DNA from: an uncultured Mycobacterium sp.
GTDB lineage: Bacteria; Actinomycetota; Actinomycetes; Mycobacteriales; Mycobacteriaceae
Reading direction: 5' to 3'
Assembly (NCBI GenBank): GCA_964598975.1
Contig: CAZRFC010000004.1
Span: 1 to 32,525, forward strand
DNA length: 32,525 nt
Positions within the stretch are counted from its first letter, which is position 1, and each line of letters opens with the position of its first letter. A program made the position numbers and the translations under genes. Positions 22,292 to 31,019 of this stretch are shown in pieces. The notes under the pieces are model-generated. The model was not told the origin of the DNA, made no database searches, and was given only the letters and a program-made list of their open reading frames with translations.

Positions 22292-22594
22292 TCACTCTCC
22301 ACTCAATGGGCCGACATAATCGTCGGCGGGTGCAGACTCGGGCCATACGAATGACTCGGACTGCCGCGATTCCGGTCCAACCTCAAGGCGGGCCAGAATT
22401 CTTTTCGCAAGGCGAATCTCGCCTCTGCGCAATGTGGTGTCTTGGATGCTCTCCGCGTTGTCGTTGGCCACGCGCATCTCATGGAGCTCTTGCGCCAGAA
22501 GCGCGGCGATGCGACGCACGGCTGGGTACATCAGCTCCTCGCGCGTGAGCACGATGGCCTCGATGCCGGTTCTCGTGACGGCTGGGGCGTTCAT
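22292..22594 (-). CDS. Small conserved protein downstream of portal, 100 aa
   Basis: ATGA overlap with the portal stop. MRVANDN...TTLRRGEIRLAKRIL motif. Confidence 0.78.
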   Translation of the reverse strand: MNAPAVTRTGIEAIVLTREELMYPAVRRIAALLAQELHEMRVANDNAESIQDTTLRRGEIRLAKRILARLEVGPESRQSESFVWPESAPADDYVGPLSGE

Positions 22595-24903
22595 GCCTGA
22601 AAGCTCTCCCCGGTCTTGGCGCGGCCGGCCGGCTCAGAGGGCGGCTTCAGCGTCTCGTGTGCCCGCGCGCTATCGGACAGCGCAACCTGGACGTTCAGCT
22701 TCTGCGCGGTCTGCGCCATGGCGGCCTTCAGCGCGTCGGTGCTGATCTGGAGCTGTGCGGCCAGCTTGCCCAGGTACTCCTCCTGCCGGCTGGCTCGGTC
22801 GTCCGCCGCGATGCGCTCGCGCACTTCGAGCTCGGACTGGTGGCGCGACGTGGCGCCTTCCTCGCGCACCTGGGCAACGAGGACCTGGGGCGGCGGTGCC
22901 GGAGGTTGGCTCTTGATCTGCTCCAGCTCCTCGTCGGAGCGTGCGATGGATTTCCAGTCGATGCGGTTGGCCTTGGACAGCACGGCCGCCAGCTTGTCCG
23001 GGTCGACGGCACGCGCCTGCATGAGGATGGGCGCCAGTTGGTTGAGCGACTGGTTCTCCAGGTGGCGATCCACCAGCGCGGTGGACCCGCGGGCGTCGAC
23101 CTGGAAATCCCGCTTGGCCGACATCGGCACCTCGGGGTCCATCTGTAGCCACTCGTGGTACCGGCGCAGATGCGGCTCGGTCACGTAGTCGTCGAAGTTG
23201 CGTGCGAGGCGGCGCAGCACGGTCGACCCGTTGTTGTTCAGGATCGTCATGCCGCCCACGGTGTCGGGCGCGTTGCCCTGCTGGCCCTGCATGAGGAGAG
23301 GCAGTCCGGTCGAGTCTTCGGCGAACTTCAGGGCCTGCCGCACCAGGAACTCCAGCTCGTTGACGTTGCTCTGGACGTTCGTGAAGCTGATGCAGTCCTC
23401 CATCTTGGCGTTGGCAGGCGCCTTGTCGTTGATGAGGAACACTGCGCGAGGCGTGAGCGTCCAGCTACCGCTGGCGGGCTCCACCCAGCCGCGGCGCACG
23501 CCCATGATGGGTCCGGACGTCAGGCCGGCGTTGTCCATCATGCTGCGAACGGATGCGTTGAGCATGCGCTGGGCGGTGCGGATCTGGCGGGCCACTCCAC
23601 GGCCGTAGGGCATGCCGACACGGCGCTGCCACGGGAAGTAGTCGTAGGGGAAGGCGCCGTTCATCAGGGGGTTGATGGCGGCCTTCACCACGGTGTCGTT
23701 GATCATCTCCAGCATGGCCGGCACCACGAACGACTCGTCATCGGGGATGTCGGCGAAGTCATCCTCGGGCACGCCGGCCGCGATGAGGTGCTTGCGCTCC
23801 AGGTCCATGTAGCCGATCCAGTACGGGTACACGGCGCCGATGCGCACGGCCTCCTGCTCGTCCTCGGGTACTTGGTCCTCGAAAATCTTGCCGGGGCCTT
23901 CACGGAGCACGCGCTCGATGGCGCCCGGGATGTAGCTCGGGTCGTCCAGAAGCTGGCGGATCTTGCGCCTGGAGATGGTGCCGAGCTCCCAGTGGTATGA
24001 CCCGTTGTGGATGTTCTCGCCGCCGGCCGGATCCGGGAAGCAGTTCTGCACCCGCACGCACTTGCTGACCGGGACGGCCTTCTGGTAGACCTCGCGGACG
24101 ATGTTGCCGTCGGGGCCCATGACGTTGCGCTGGAACTTCTTGAACTCGGCGATGGGCCCCTTGAGCACGCCGGTGCCGATGCGTGCGGAGTTCTCCAGCA
24201 TCTTGCGCACCTCGGCGTGCCATTGGCACTCGATCAGCCAGTCCTCGATGATCTTGGACGCCTCCTCGGCCGCCAGCTCCTCGTCGGTCTTGTTGTTCGA
24301 GGTGGTGCCGACCGGCATGGGCTGGGGTGCGGCGCCCTTGGCGAACCCTGGGCCGGTCGGCTGCGGGTTGGCCATGGCCTGCATGATGGGGTTGAGCCCA
24401 CCTCCAGGCGCTGCCTCTGGGCTCGCATCCTTGACTGGGGTGGCCTTCAGGCTCCAGGGCGCATCGTCGTTGGGCAGCAGCATGTCGCTGACCTTGGCGT
24501 GCGCGGCGTCCACGTAGGGTCGTGTGATCGGCACGAACACGGTGGATCGACCGGGGCGGCGGGTGTCGGTGCCGCTGGTGATGCTTCCGCCCTCGGGAGA
24601 TACCGGCTTGCCGACGTTCGTCTCGCCGTCGGGGTTGGCGCGGTCCTTGGCGTCGTAATACTCGTCGTCCTCCTGCCAGTCCATCTCGATGCCCAGGTTC
24701 GCGCGGTGCGTCTTGGCTTCGTCGAGTGTGTCCAGGGCGATGCGTCCCAGCGCGTCGAGGAGCGCTTGGCGCTGAATCTCGGCGGCCTCCTCCTCAGTCA
24801 TCTGCTCCTCGTCGGCGGATGACGAATCAGGCGCAGCGCCGGCACGCGCCATGCGCAGGGTGATGGGCGCGTTGCGGCCGGAGGCGACGGATCGGGTCAG
24901 CAT
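22591..24903 (-). CDS. Portal protein (P22-like), 770 aa
   Basis: Follows terL. ITRPYVDAA, GTGVLKGP, PYGRGVARQIRTAQRMLN, TVGGMTIL, plus a C-terminal helical barrel. Confidence 0.9.
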   Translation of the reverse strand: MLTRSVASGRNAPITLRMARAGAAPDSSSADEEQMTEEEAAEIQRQALLDALGRIALDTLDEAKTHRANLGIEMDWQEDDEYYDAKDRANPDGETNVGKPVSPEGGSITSGTDTRRPGRSTVFVPITRPYVDAAHAKVSDMLLPNDDAPWSLKATPVKDASPEAAPGGGLNPIMQAMANPQPTGPGFAKGAAPQPMPVGTTSNNKTDEELAAEEASKIIEDWLIECQWHAEVRKMLENSARIGTGVLKGPIAEFKKFQRNVMGPDGNIVREVYQKAVPVSKCVRVQNCFPDPAGGENIHNGSYHWELGTISRRKIRQLLDDPSYIPGAIERVLREGPGKIFEDQVPEDEQEAVRIGAVYPYWIGYMDLERKHLIAAGVPEDDFADIPDDESFVVPAMLEMINDTVVKAAINPLMNGAFPYDYFPWQRRVGMPYGRGVARQIRTAQRMLNASVRSMMDNAGLTSGPIMGVRRGWVEPASGSWTLTPRAVFLINDKAPANAKMEDCISFTNVQSNVNELEFLVRQALKFAEDSTGLPLLMQGQQGNAPDTVGGMTILNNNGSTVLRRLARNFDDYVTEPHLRRYHEWLQMDPEVPMSAKRDFQVDARGSTALVDRHLENQSLNQLAPILMQARAVDPDKLAAVLSKANRIDWKSIARSDEELEQIKSQPPAPPPQVLVAQVREEGATSRHQSELEVRERIAADDRASRQEEYLGKLAAQLQISTDALKAAMAQTAQKLNVQVALSDSARAHETLKPPSEPAGRAKTGESFQA

Positions 24904-24915
24904 GCGTGGTGGTCC

Positions 24916-26466
24916 TCAGAATCCCATGGCCGGGTCAAGCGGGACGGAGTGCGCGTTGACGCCCGTCATCAGTTGGTCGTAGAGCTGCGAGGCGGCCCGG
25001 CTGGGGATGTGCTCCATGACTTGGCCCTTGGTCATCACGATGTAGCGCCCGGCATCCATCGCGTGGTCCTTCTTCTTGACGATCTTGCCCTTCTCGTCGC
25101 GGCGGTACACGCGGCGCTCTGCGATGAAGTTCTGGCAGGAGCGGAACACCTTGAGTCGGCCGGTCGACATGCGCATCCACATCTCGTAGATGCCCGCCTC
25201 CACCGCGTTCTCGGCGATGGCGAGGTTCAGGCCCAGGTCGCCGTAGACCTTCAGCAGTTGGGTGCCGTCGGTCTGGCTGCGGCCGCGCGCTGCCGGGTCG
25301 ATGGCGCCTCGAAGCCACTTGCCGCGGGCCTGGATGGCGGTCGAGTGGATGGCCGGCTCGGCCTGACCACGGTAGTGCTCGCCGTAGAAGTAGAGCGTGT
25401 CGGTGTCCAGATCCTCGGCCATGAACATCGCGGCCGTGCAGTTCCAGCCGACGTCCAGGCCGTAGCCGCGTTTCCAGTGCGCCGGCAGCCGGAAGTCCGG
25501 GATGATGATGGCCTCGTCCTCGATGGGGTAGACCGCTCCGGAGCCGAGCTGGGGGATGCCCTTGGTGCGTGCGTCGCGCTGGTGCGGGGGCAGGGCGGCG
25601 TAGAGCTTGTCCTTGGCCTGCTGACTGAGGTGGGGCACATCGTCCCAGCCGCACGTGATGATGATGACGCCGGCCGCCTCGCCCTCGGAGTCCTGTAGGT
25701 TCTGCACGAGGTCGGTCAGGCCTTGCAGCGGCGTGAAGGTGAGCGTGCACAGCCCGCCGGTCGTCATCAGGCGGATCAAGCCCTCCTCGTAGACGTCCTG
25801 GGGGCACTCTTCGTCCGGCCAGAAGCCGTCGAGCTCCACGCCCTGGAAGATTTGGCGGCCCTGTTCGTAGCTGCGGAACCAGATTTCCGATGTCCCGCCG
25901 TGGGCTGACTCGATGTAGGCCTTCTCAACGGCGCCCTGGACGTTGCCGCGGCGCGGGACGATGCCGGTGATCCTGGCGCCGGGGATGAGCCCGGTGCCGA
26001 ACTTCTCGGGCCGATCGGTGGTGGACCCGAGCATCTTGAGCTGAAGGATGTCCCGTGTCGTCTCGTGGGTGTCGCCGCTCACCAGCAGCCGCACGGGCTT
26101 GTTGAAGCGTGCGCCTTCCCACCAGTGCGGGTATTCGCCGGTGAGGTGGTAGCTCCATTCGGTGCCGGCGCCCATGGTCTTGCCCACGCGGTTGGCGGCC
26201 ATGAACACGCGCTGGAAGAACTTGCGTCCGGCACGGAAGAATTCGAGCTGCTTGGGGTACTTGTCGCGCGCCAGCGGGCCGGAGTCCGGGAACATGGTGG
26301 CCAGTTGGCGCATGCCGGCGCGGCGCTGCACCTCGGCCAGCAGCTCGGCCAGCTCGGTGCGCTGCTTGGCGTCCAGGCGCCCCAGGTTGCCCAGGTTGCG
26401 CACGGGCATGGCGTCCACGCCGTCCGGGATGTGGCTCAGGCGCTCGATGGTGTCACCCACGCGCAT
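24916..26466 (-). CDS. terL: Terminase large subunit, 516 aa
   Basis: Walker A MAANRVGKT, Walker B FWPDEE, TFTP coupling motif, nuclease GLDVG and DHAMDA. Confidence 0.96.
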   Translation of the reverse strand: MRVGDTIERLSHIPDGVDAMPVRNLGNLGRLDAKQRTELAELLAEVQRRAGMRQLATMFPDSGPLARDKYPKQLEFFRAGRKFFQRVFMAANRVGKTMGAGTEWSYHLTGEYPHWWEGARFNKPVRLLVSGDTHETTRDILQLKMLGSTTDRPEKFGTGLIPGARITGIVPRRGNVQGAVEKAYIESAHGGTSEIWFRSYEQGRQIFQGVELDGFWPDEECPQDVYEEGLIRLMTTGGLCTLTFTPLQGLTDLVQNLQDSEGEAAGVIIITCGWDDVPHLSQQAKDKLYAALPPHQRDARTKGIPQLGSGAVYPIEDEAIIIPDFRLPAHWKRGYGLDVGWNCTAAMFMAEDLDTDTLYFYGEHYRGQAEPAIHSTAIQARGKWLRGAIDPAARGRSQTDGTQLLKVYGDLGLNLAIAENAVEAGIYEMWMRMSTGRLKVFRSCQNFIAERRVYRRDEKGKIVKKKDHAMDAGRYIVMTKGQVMEHIPSRAASQLYDQLMTGVNAHSVPLDPAMGF

Positions 26467-27106
26467 GCCGGCCCTCCACGTCGGTCACGGTCTGGTCCAG
26501 CATGGACGGCAGGTTCAGCCCCAGGGCGCGCGAGGCGGCCACGGCCAGCGACGGCTCCAGCCCGGCGATGCGCTTGATCAGATCCTCGGGCGAGGCTTGG
26601 GTGACGTTCATGTTGGCGTTCACCTCCAGCTTGTCGCCGTAGACCGCGTAGAGGCTCTTGCTGGCCACCCATTGCAGCTTGTCGGCCTCCAGCTTGGCCT
26701 GCTGGACCTTGCCCGGATCGACTCGGGTGCCCACGAGGCGGCCCTCGCTGTCCAGGACCGGCATGGAACAGTCGCGGCGTGTCACGGCGATCATGTCGTC
26801 CACCAGCACGTGGGCCCGCTCTTCGCGCGCGCGCGCATAGGCCGCCTTTCGCACGGGATCATCAAGCCAATTCCCCATCGCCCGCACCGACATGCCGCGC
26901 TCCGTGACGAATTGCGTCAAGTTCCCGCCGGCGTAGATGTACTCCAGGAACTCGTCGAAGGCGTCGTCTTCACCTAGTCGAGCGAGCCATTCGCGGAACA
27001 CCCGGGCCTTGTGATGTGAGCGCACGCCATCGCGGGAAGCCGCGCCAATGCTCGCTGTGGCGGCCGCCAAGCTGGATTCTGCGGGGCTGGGCGTGGCTGT
27101 CGTCAT
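26453..27106 (-). CDS. terS: Terminase small subunit (Sf6-like), 217 aa
   Basis: HTH followed by YARAREE...QAKLEADKLQWVASK...YGDK. Overlaps the terL start. Confidence 0.85.
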   Translation of the reverse strand: MTTATPSPAESSLAAATASIGAASRDGVRSHHKARVFREWLARLGEDDAFDEFLEYIYAGGNLTQFVTERGMSVRAMGNWLDDPVRKAAYARAREERAHVLVDDMIAVTRRDCSMPVLDSEGRLVGTRVDPGKVQQAKLEADKLQWVASKSLYAVYGDKLEVNANMNVTQASPEDLIKRIAGLEPSLAVAASRALGLNLPSMLDQTVTDVEGRHARG

Positions 27107-27118
27107 GGTGCTTTTGCC

Positions 27119-27454
27119 TTACCGCCCCTTGCGTGCGCGGTTGTAGCCCTTGGCCATGTCGGCTTCCATATCAGCCGGGGCGGTGGGTTGCAGGCTGTCG
27201 CCGGTGGGGCCCGGCTGGGCCGGGGCGGCTTCGCCGCCTTCCTCCATCTCGCCGGACTCCTCGGCCAGCTCCTGACGGGATCCGGTGGCCTGCTCTCCGG
27301 GGCCTTGCTCGTCTTCGCCCAGAACAGCTTGAACCGCGGTCATGGCGTCGGCCATGGATGGGAAGCGCTCGGCGGCCTGGGGGTCCAGGGGCTGGGTGGC
27401 GGGGGCCACCAGCACGGATCCATCCGGCTGCGTTTCGATGGTCAAAGCTGGCAT
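27119..27454 (-). CDS. Acidic hypothetical protein, 111 aa, first gene of the packaging operon
   Basis: AGGA SD before the ATG at 27454. Stop lies 12 nt upstream of terS. Confidence 0.72.
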   Translation of the reverse strand: MPALTIETQPDGSVLVAPATQPLDPQAAERFPSMADAMTAVQAVLGEDEQGPGEQATGSRQELAEESGEMEEGGEAAPAQPGPTGDSLQPTAPADMEADMAKGYNRARKGR

Positions 27455-27640
27455 GGTTCTTTCCTGGGCGATGTGAGCGTAGGCTAACGTGCTGATGGGG
27501 CGGATTGTAGGTCTGGGGTCAGTCTGGAAGGCCTCCAGGCGACTGGGGGGTGTTGCTGGCCGGCCACGTGGGGGCGTGGGTTGTGGGTTATCAGCCTGAC
27601 AATCCCGGCGAGGACTCACTAACTTGAGGGGTGCACCACC
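27455..27640. promoter_or_regulatory. Divergent promoter region
   Basis: Non-coding gap between divergent operons. Minus-strand TACAAT (27504-27509) is preceded by two CCAGAC repeats 11 bp apart and has no consensus -35. Plus-strand GACAAT (27598-27603) is preceded by TGGGTT x2. Confidence 0.5.
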
Positions 27641-27985
27641 ATGAGTATTGCGAACAACATCAACGTCGACCAGCTCCTGGGCACAGGGGTGACGGCGACG
27701 GGCGCCGGGACGGCGCTTCGGGGCTGGGGCGGTCGCAAGACCTACTCGGCGGCTGGGTACACCACCTCGGGGGCCGGCGCGGCCACCGTGACCATCGAGG
27801 GGTCGTTCGACGACGTGACCTGGGATGTGATGGGCACCATCACGCTGACCCTCTCGAACACGGCGGCCGCCGATGCGAACAGCGACTCGTTCCTGTCCAG
27901 CGACCAGTACCCGTTCGTGCGAGCCAACGTCACGGCCCTGTCCGGTACCGGGGCCTATGTGCGCGCGGCGCGCGGCCGGGGGTGA
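27641..27985 (+). CDS. Small beta-sandwich virion-like protein, 114 aa
   Basis: GAGGGG SD. ATVTIEGSFDDVTW...YPFVRANVTALSGTGA pattern of small phage structural proteins. Confidence 0.8.
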   Translation: MSIANNINVDQLLGTGVTATGAGTALRGWGGRKTYSAAGYTTSGAGAATVTIEGSFDDVTWDVMGTITLTLSNTAAADANSDSFLSSDQYPFVRANVTALSGTGAYVRAARGRG

Positions 27986-27988
27986 GCT

Positions 27989-29131
27989 ATGACTGTCTCA
28001 GTTGACACCACGAAGACGGGCGACCAGGGCAGTCTGTTCTCCACCCTGGCGATCCAGGCCGGCGGCGTGCTGGCCATGGCGGTTGGATCCACGTTCAACC
28101 TCTACAACACCGAAGACCAGACGACGAACCATGAGCGGCTGCGGTTTGACTGGTCCGCGAACGTGGCGCGCATCTGGACGCAGAACGACGGCACCGGTAG
28201 CGAGCGCGCTCTCCGCGTTGGCACGGTCACGAGCGATGGGCTGACCGACCCTACCGTCTACACCGTCTGGCAGGGGGCCAGTGTTCCCTACATCGACAAC
28301 ATCATCCCCTCTAGCTCAAGCACTTCCGCGAACGGCCACATTCGCTTTCAAAGCGGCAACTTCAGCGCCTCGTCTGGCACTCAGACATTCTTGAATATTG
28401 CTCCAGTGTTTGCACAGACTGGAACTGCGGCAGGCATCGCCTTCCTGGTGAACCCCAGCGGCACCTTCGGCAGCGCCGGTGGCAAGATTCAAAGCTGGCA
28501 GCTCGCCAGTTCTGAAGTGGCCTATATCAACACGCCGGGATCTCTCATCGTGGCTGGCGTGCTCCGAACGGCCACAGGGCTGAACTTCGGATCTACGCTG
28601 GGCGCGTCAGACCTTGAAGTTGTCCGCGACGCCGCCGACGCTCTCGCCCTTCGCCGTGGCGCCAACGCCCAGACTTTCCGCGTCTACAATACCTACACGG
28701 ATGCGTCGAATTATGAGCGGGGCGAGGTCCGTTGGTCTGCGAATGTCTTCCGCATCGGCACTTTCAATGCAGGTACCGGCAGCGCCAGGGCTGTGCATAT
28801 TGGACCGGAAGGCGCTGCTGACCTTCTCTTGATGACGTCAGGAACCACCAGACTGACTATCAGCAGTGGCGGGACCATGACCCCCGGATCAGACAATGCT
28901 GTCGATTTTGGCAGCGGTGCTAATCGGCTGCGCAATATTTACATCGGTAGTGGTGTGATGTTCTCTTCGGTGACGGTAGCAAACCTACCAGCATCTCCCG
29001 TTGAAGGCCAACGCTGCTTCGTGACCGACTCAACTGCCACCATGACCGCAGGGGTTGGCGCAGTGGTAGCCGGAGGCGGTGCCAACAACGTCCCTGTCTA
29101 TTACGATGGCGCCAACTGGCGTATTGGTTAA
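27989..29131 (+). CDS. Fibre/spike-like protein with internal repeat, 380 aa
   Basis: S/T/G/N-rich, with two 43-aa repeats. C-terminal TVANLP...FVTDS...VAGGGANNVPVYYDGANWRIG module is common in phage fibres. Confidence 0.8.
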   Translation: MTVSVDTTKTGDQGSLFSTLAIQAGGVLAMAVGSTFNLYNTEDQTTNHERLRFDWSANVARIWTQNDGTGSERALRVGTVTSDGLTDPTVYTVWQGASVPYIDNIIPSSSSTSANGHIRFQSGNFSASSGTQTFLNIAPVFAQTGTAAGIAFLVNPSGTFGSAGGKIQSWQLASSEVAYINTPGSLIVAGVLRTATGLNFGSTLGASDLEVVRDAADALALRRGANAQTFRVYNTYTDASNYERGEVRWSANVFRIGTFNAGTGSARAVHIGPEGAADLLLMTSGTTRLTISSGGTMTPGSDNAVDFGSGANRLRNIYIGSGVMFSSVTVANLPASPVEGQRCFVTDSTATMTAGVGAVVAGGGANNVPVYYDGANWRIG

Positions 29132-29149
29132 CTTTCACTAGGAGCAAAC

Positions 29150-29488
29150 ATGCCCAAAATCACTCTCGACATTTCCGACGCGCGGTACGCTGCGCTGCGC
29201 AAGACGCAGGAGCTGATGCTGCTGAACGGCGGTACCGCCACCACGCCGGAGGAGTACCTGCTGCTGGTGGTGAACGGCGCCTGCGATTCCTATGCGACGC
29301 AGTACGCGGACAACACGCCGGAAGGCCTTGCGACCCAGGTTGCCATCCACAAGGATGCGGCGGCGCGGGCCGAGGCGAAGGCGGCGGCCGAGGAGGAGAG
29401 GCGTGTGGCGGCCGAGGCGAAGGTTGCCAATTCGGTGGCTGATGGGGGAGAATCGGTTCCCCTTTACCAGCAACTGGAGAAACTGTGA
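29150..29488 (+). CDS. Hypothetical protein, possible fibre assembly chaperone, 112 aa
   Basis: AGGAG SD. Follows the fibre-like gene. Confidence 0.75.
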   Translation: MPKITLDISDARYAALRKTQELMLLNGGTATTPEEYLLLVVNGACDSYATQYADNTPEGLATQVAIHKDAAARAEAKAAAEEERRVAAEAKVANSVADGGESVPLYQQLEKL

Positions 29489-29886
29489 CCGCCAAACGTC
29501 GTCAACGCGAGCCGGCCGCCCCGAGCGCCCTGCTGAAGACCGTCGCCACCGGCGCCGGCATGCTTCCCCCGCCAGCGGCCAACGATGCCGCAGGCGCCGG
29601 GACTGCAACGCCCCAGCCCCCTCAACGCTCTGCCGCGGACGAGGCGCGAGTGCAGGCCATGCTCAACGCCCTGGGCCAGCAGCGCGAGGCAACGGCCGAT
29701 GCGGTGGTGAACCTTGCGGGCGAGGTGGCCGCGCTGAAGTCGATGCTGGACAACGCGAACCGCGTGGCCAGCGAGGCCATGAAGCTGTGCGCGGAAGCGT
29801 GCGACCTGGGGCTCCAAGCCGACAAGGCCAACGCCCCGCGCCTCCAGCAGATCCTGGCCCAGGTGCGGCCGCCGGAGGGCGCATGA
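29485..29886 (+). CDS. Hypothetical coiled-coil protein, 133 aa
   Basis: GTGA overlap with the upstream stop, GGAG SD, heptad-like C-terminal half. Confidence 0.72.
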   Translation: MTAKRRQREPAAPSALLKTVATGAGMLPPPAANDAAGAGTATPQPPQRSAADEARVQAMLNALGQQREATADAVVNLAGEVAALKSMLDNANRVASEAMKLCAEACDLGLQADKANAPRLQQILAQVRPPEGA

Positions 29887-30206
29887 TGTTCTTCCTGCTG
29901 CTGTCGGTGGTCATGGCCATGGTCCTGCTGGACTTCTGGCAGACCGTGCGCATCGTGCGGCCTGGAAGCGGGCTGCGGGAGGAGTACAACCCGCTGCTGA
30001 TCGCCGCCCTCAAGGTGGCCGACACGCCGAGCGGCAAGATGATGGTGGTCAACATCCACTTTTTCGTTTCGGGGGTGTTCTTCATCGGCGTGTCGATGTT
30101 GTTGAACATGCACTCCCCCGTGGCCGCGGGCGCCTTCCTGGGCGTGGTGGGCACGATGGAGTTCCAGTGCGTGCGCGACAACTGGAAGCTGGGCCTGCGG
30201 CCGTAG
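29883..30206 (+). CDS. Small multi-pass membrane protein (DUF5658-like), 107 aa
   Basis: ATGA overlap and GGAGG SD. Three hydrophobic segments with an LD...T...G..E..NP motif. Confidence 0.75.
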   Translation: MMFFLLLSVVMAMVLLDFWQTVRIVRPGSGLREEYNPLLIAALKVADTPSGKMMVVNIHFFVSGVFFIGVSMLLNMHSPVAAGAFLGVVGTMEFQCVRDNWKLGLRP

Positions 30207-30225
30207 GCGCGCGCCAGCACCATGA

Positions 30226-30250
30226 GAAAGGCCCCTCGCGGGGCCTTTTC
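30226..30250. terminator. Bidirectional intrinsic terminator
   Basis: AAAGGCCCC-TCGC-GGGGCCTTTT between convergent genes. Confidence 0.85.
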
Positions 30251-30453
30251 TACTTCTGGACCGGCAGCCGGCCGTCAGGGCCTTCCAGGCCCAGCACGCC
30301 CTCCTGCTGCATGCGCTGCATGAAGAACACGGCGCCGCTGAAGGACAGGCGGAATGCCTGCTGAAGGCCCTGCGTGGTGAAGCTCGTGCGCTCGCGCGCC
30401 CACAGCACGATCCGCCGGTACGTCTCTTCCTCGATTTCCTGGTGCGTGGCCAC
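30250..30453 (-). CDS. Stand-alone FtsK-gamma-like winged-helix protein, 67 aa
   Basis: GTG at 30453. EETYRRIVLWARERTSFTTQGLQQAFRLSFSGAVFFMQRMQQEGVLG follows the FtsK gamma pattern. Confidence 0.65.
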   Translation of the reverse strand: MATHQEIEEETYRRIVLWARERTSFTTQGLQQAFRLSFSGAVFFMQRMQQEGVLGLEGPDGRLPVQK

Positions 30454-30454
30454 G

Positions 30455-30811
30455 TCAGCCCCCCTCGCCCGGCAGCACGATGCGCGGCGCCTCGGCCATG
30501 CCGTCGCGCACGATGGAGAGGTTCTGCTTGGTGGTCTGGAGCGCCATGGCGGTGGCGTACTCATGCGAGACGATGCTCAGGATGGCCTCCCAGTTCTTGT
30601 TCAGCCAGTGGGCCGTAAAGACGGCCGGATCCGCCATGTTGGGCTTGCCGGACTCGCCCTCGATGGCTCCGCGCTCGCCCAGTGCGATGCGCATGCGCAC
30701 TTCACCGGCGTCGTTGCTGTCCAGGCCCAGCAGGGCCTTGAACTTCTCTTCCTGAAACGGCGGCTCCTTCGGCTTCACGCTGTCTTGTGAGTCGTTCGAT
30801 GCTTCGGTCAC
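30455..30811 (-). CDS. Hypothetical protein, 118 aa
   Basis: AAGGA SD with GTG start and typical codon usage. Confidence 0.75.
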   Translation of the reverse strand: MTEASNDSQDSVKPKEPPFQEEKFKALLGLDSNDAGEVRMRIALGERGAIEGESGKPNMADPAVFTAHWLNKNWEAILSIVSHEYATAMALQTTKQNLSIVRDGMAEAPRIVLPGEGG

Positions 30812-30849
30812 ATGCTTCCTTTCGGCTGGGGTTAATCGTTCGCGGGGTC

Positions 30850-31019
30850 TTAGGGTTGGTCGCGCGCCTGGACGATCAGATGCGCGCCGTCGTTCTTGGC
30901 CTGGAACTGGACGCCTGCCGCGCGCAGAACCTCGGGCCGCTCCGCCTGTTGCTGGCGCGCTTGGCTTGGCTTACCTTCTTCGCAGCGCGGAAGATGTCGC
31001 CCATCGTGTCGTCGTTCAT
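30850..31019 (-). pseudogene. Frameshifted, apparently truncated small phage gene
   Basis: ATGA-coupled MNDDTMGDIFRAAKKVSQAKRASNRRSG continues in another frame as PEVLRAAGVQFQAKNDGAHLIV. One base appears missing near 30934-30938. Confidence 0.6.

Noticed and set aside
105-26977. Many long plus-strand ORFs (e.g. 2415-4088, 7746-9878, 12056-13555, 20923-22548)
   Set aside because: These are antisense shadows of GC-rich minus-strand genes, with no recognisable motifs.
13725-29131. Diversity-generating retroelement or invertible fibre-switching system
   Set aside because: No reverse transcriptase or invertase, no near-identical TR/VR pair differing at adenines, and no inverted repeats flanking the plus-strand module were seen. 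The shared domains are diverged at the protein level.
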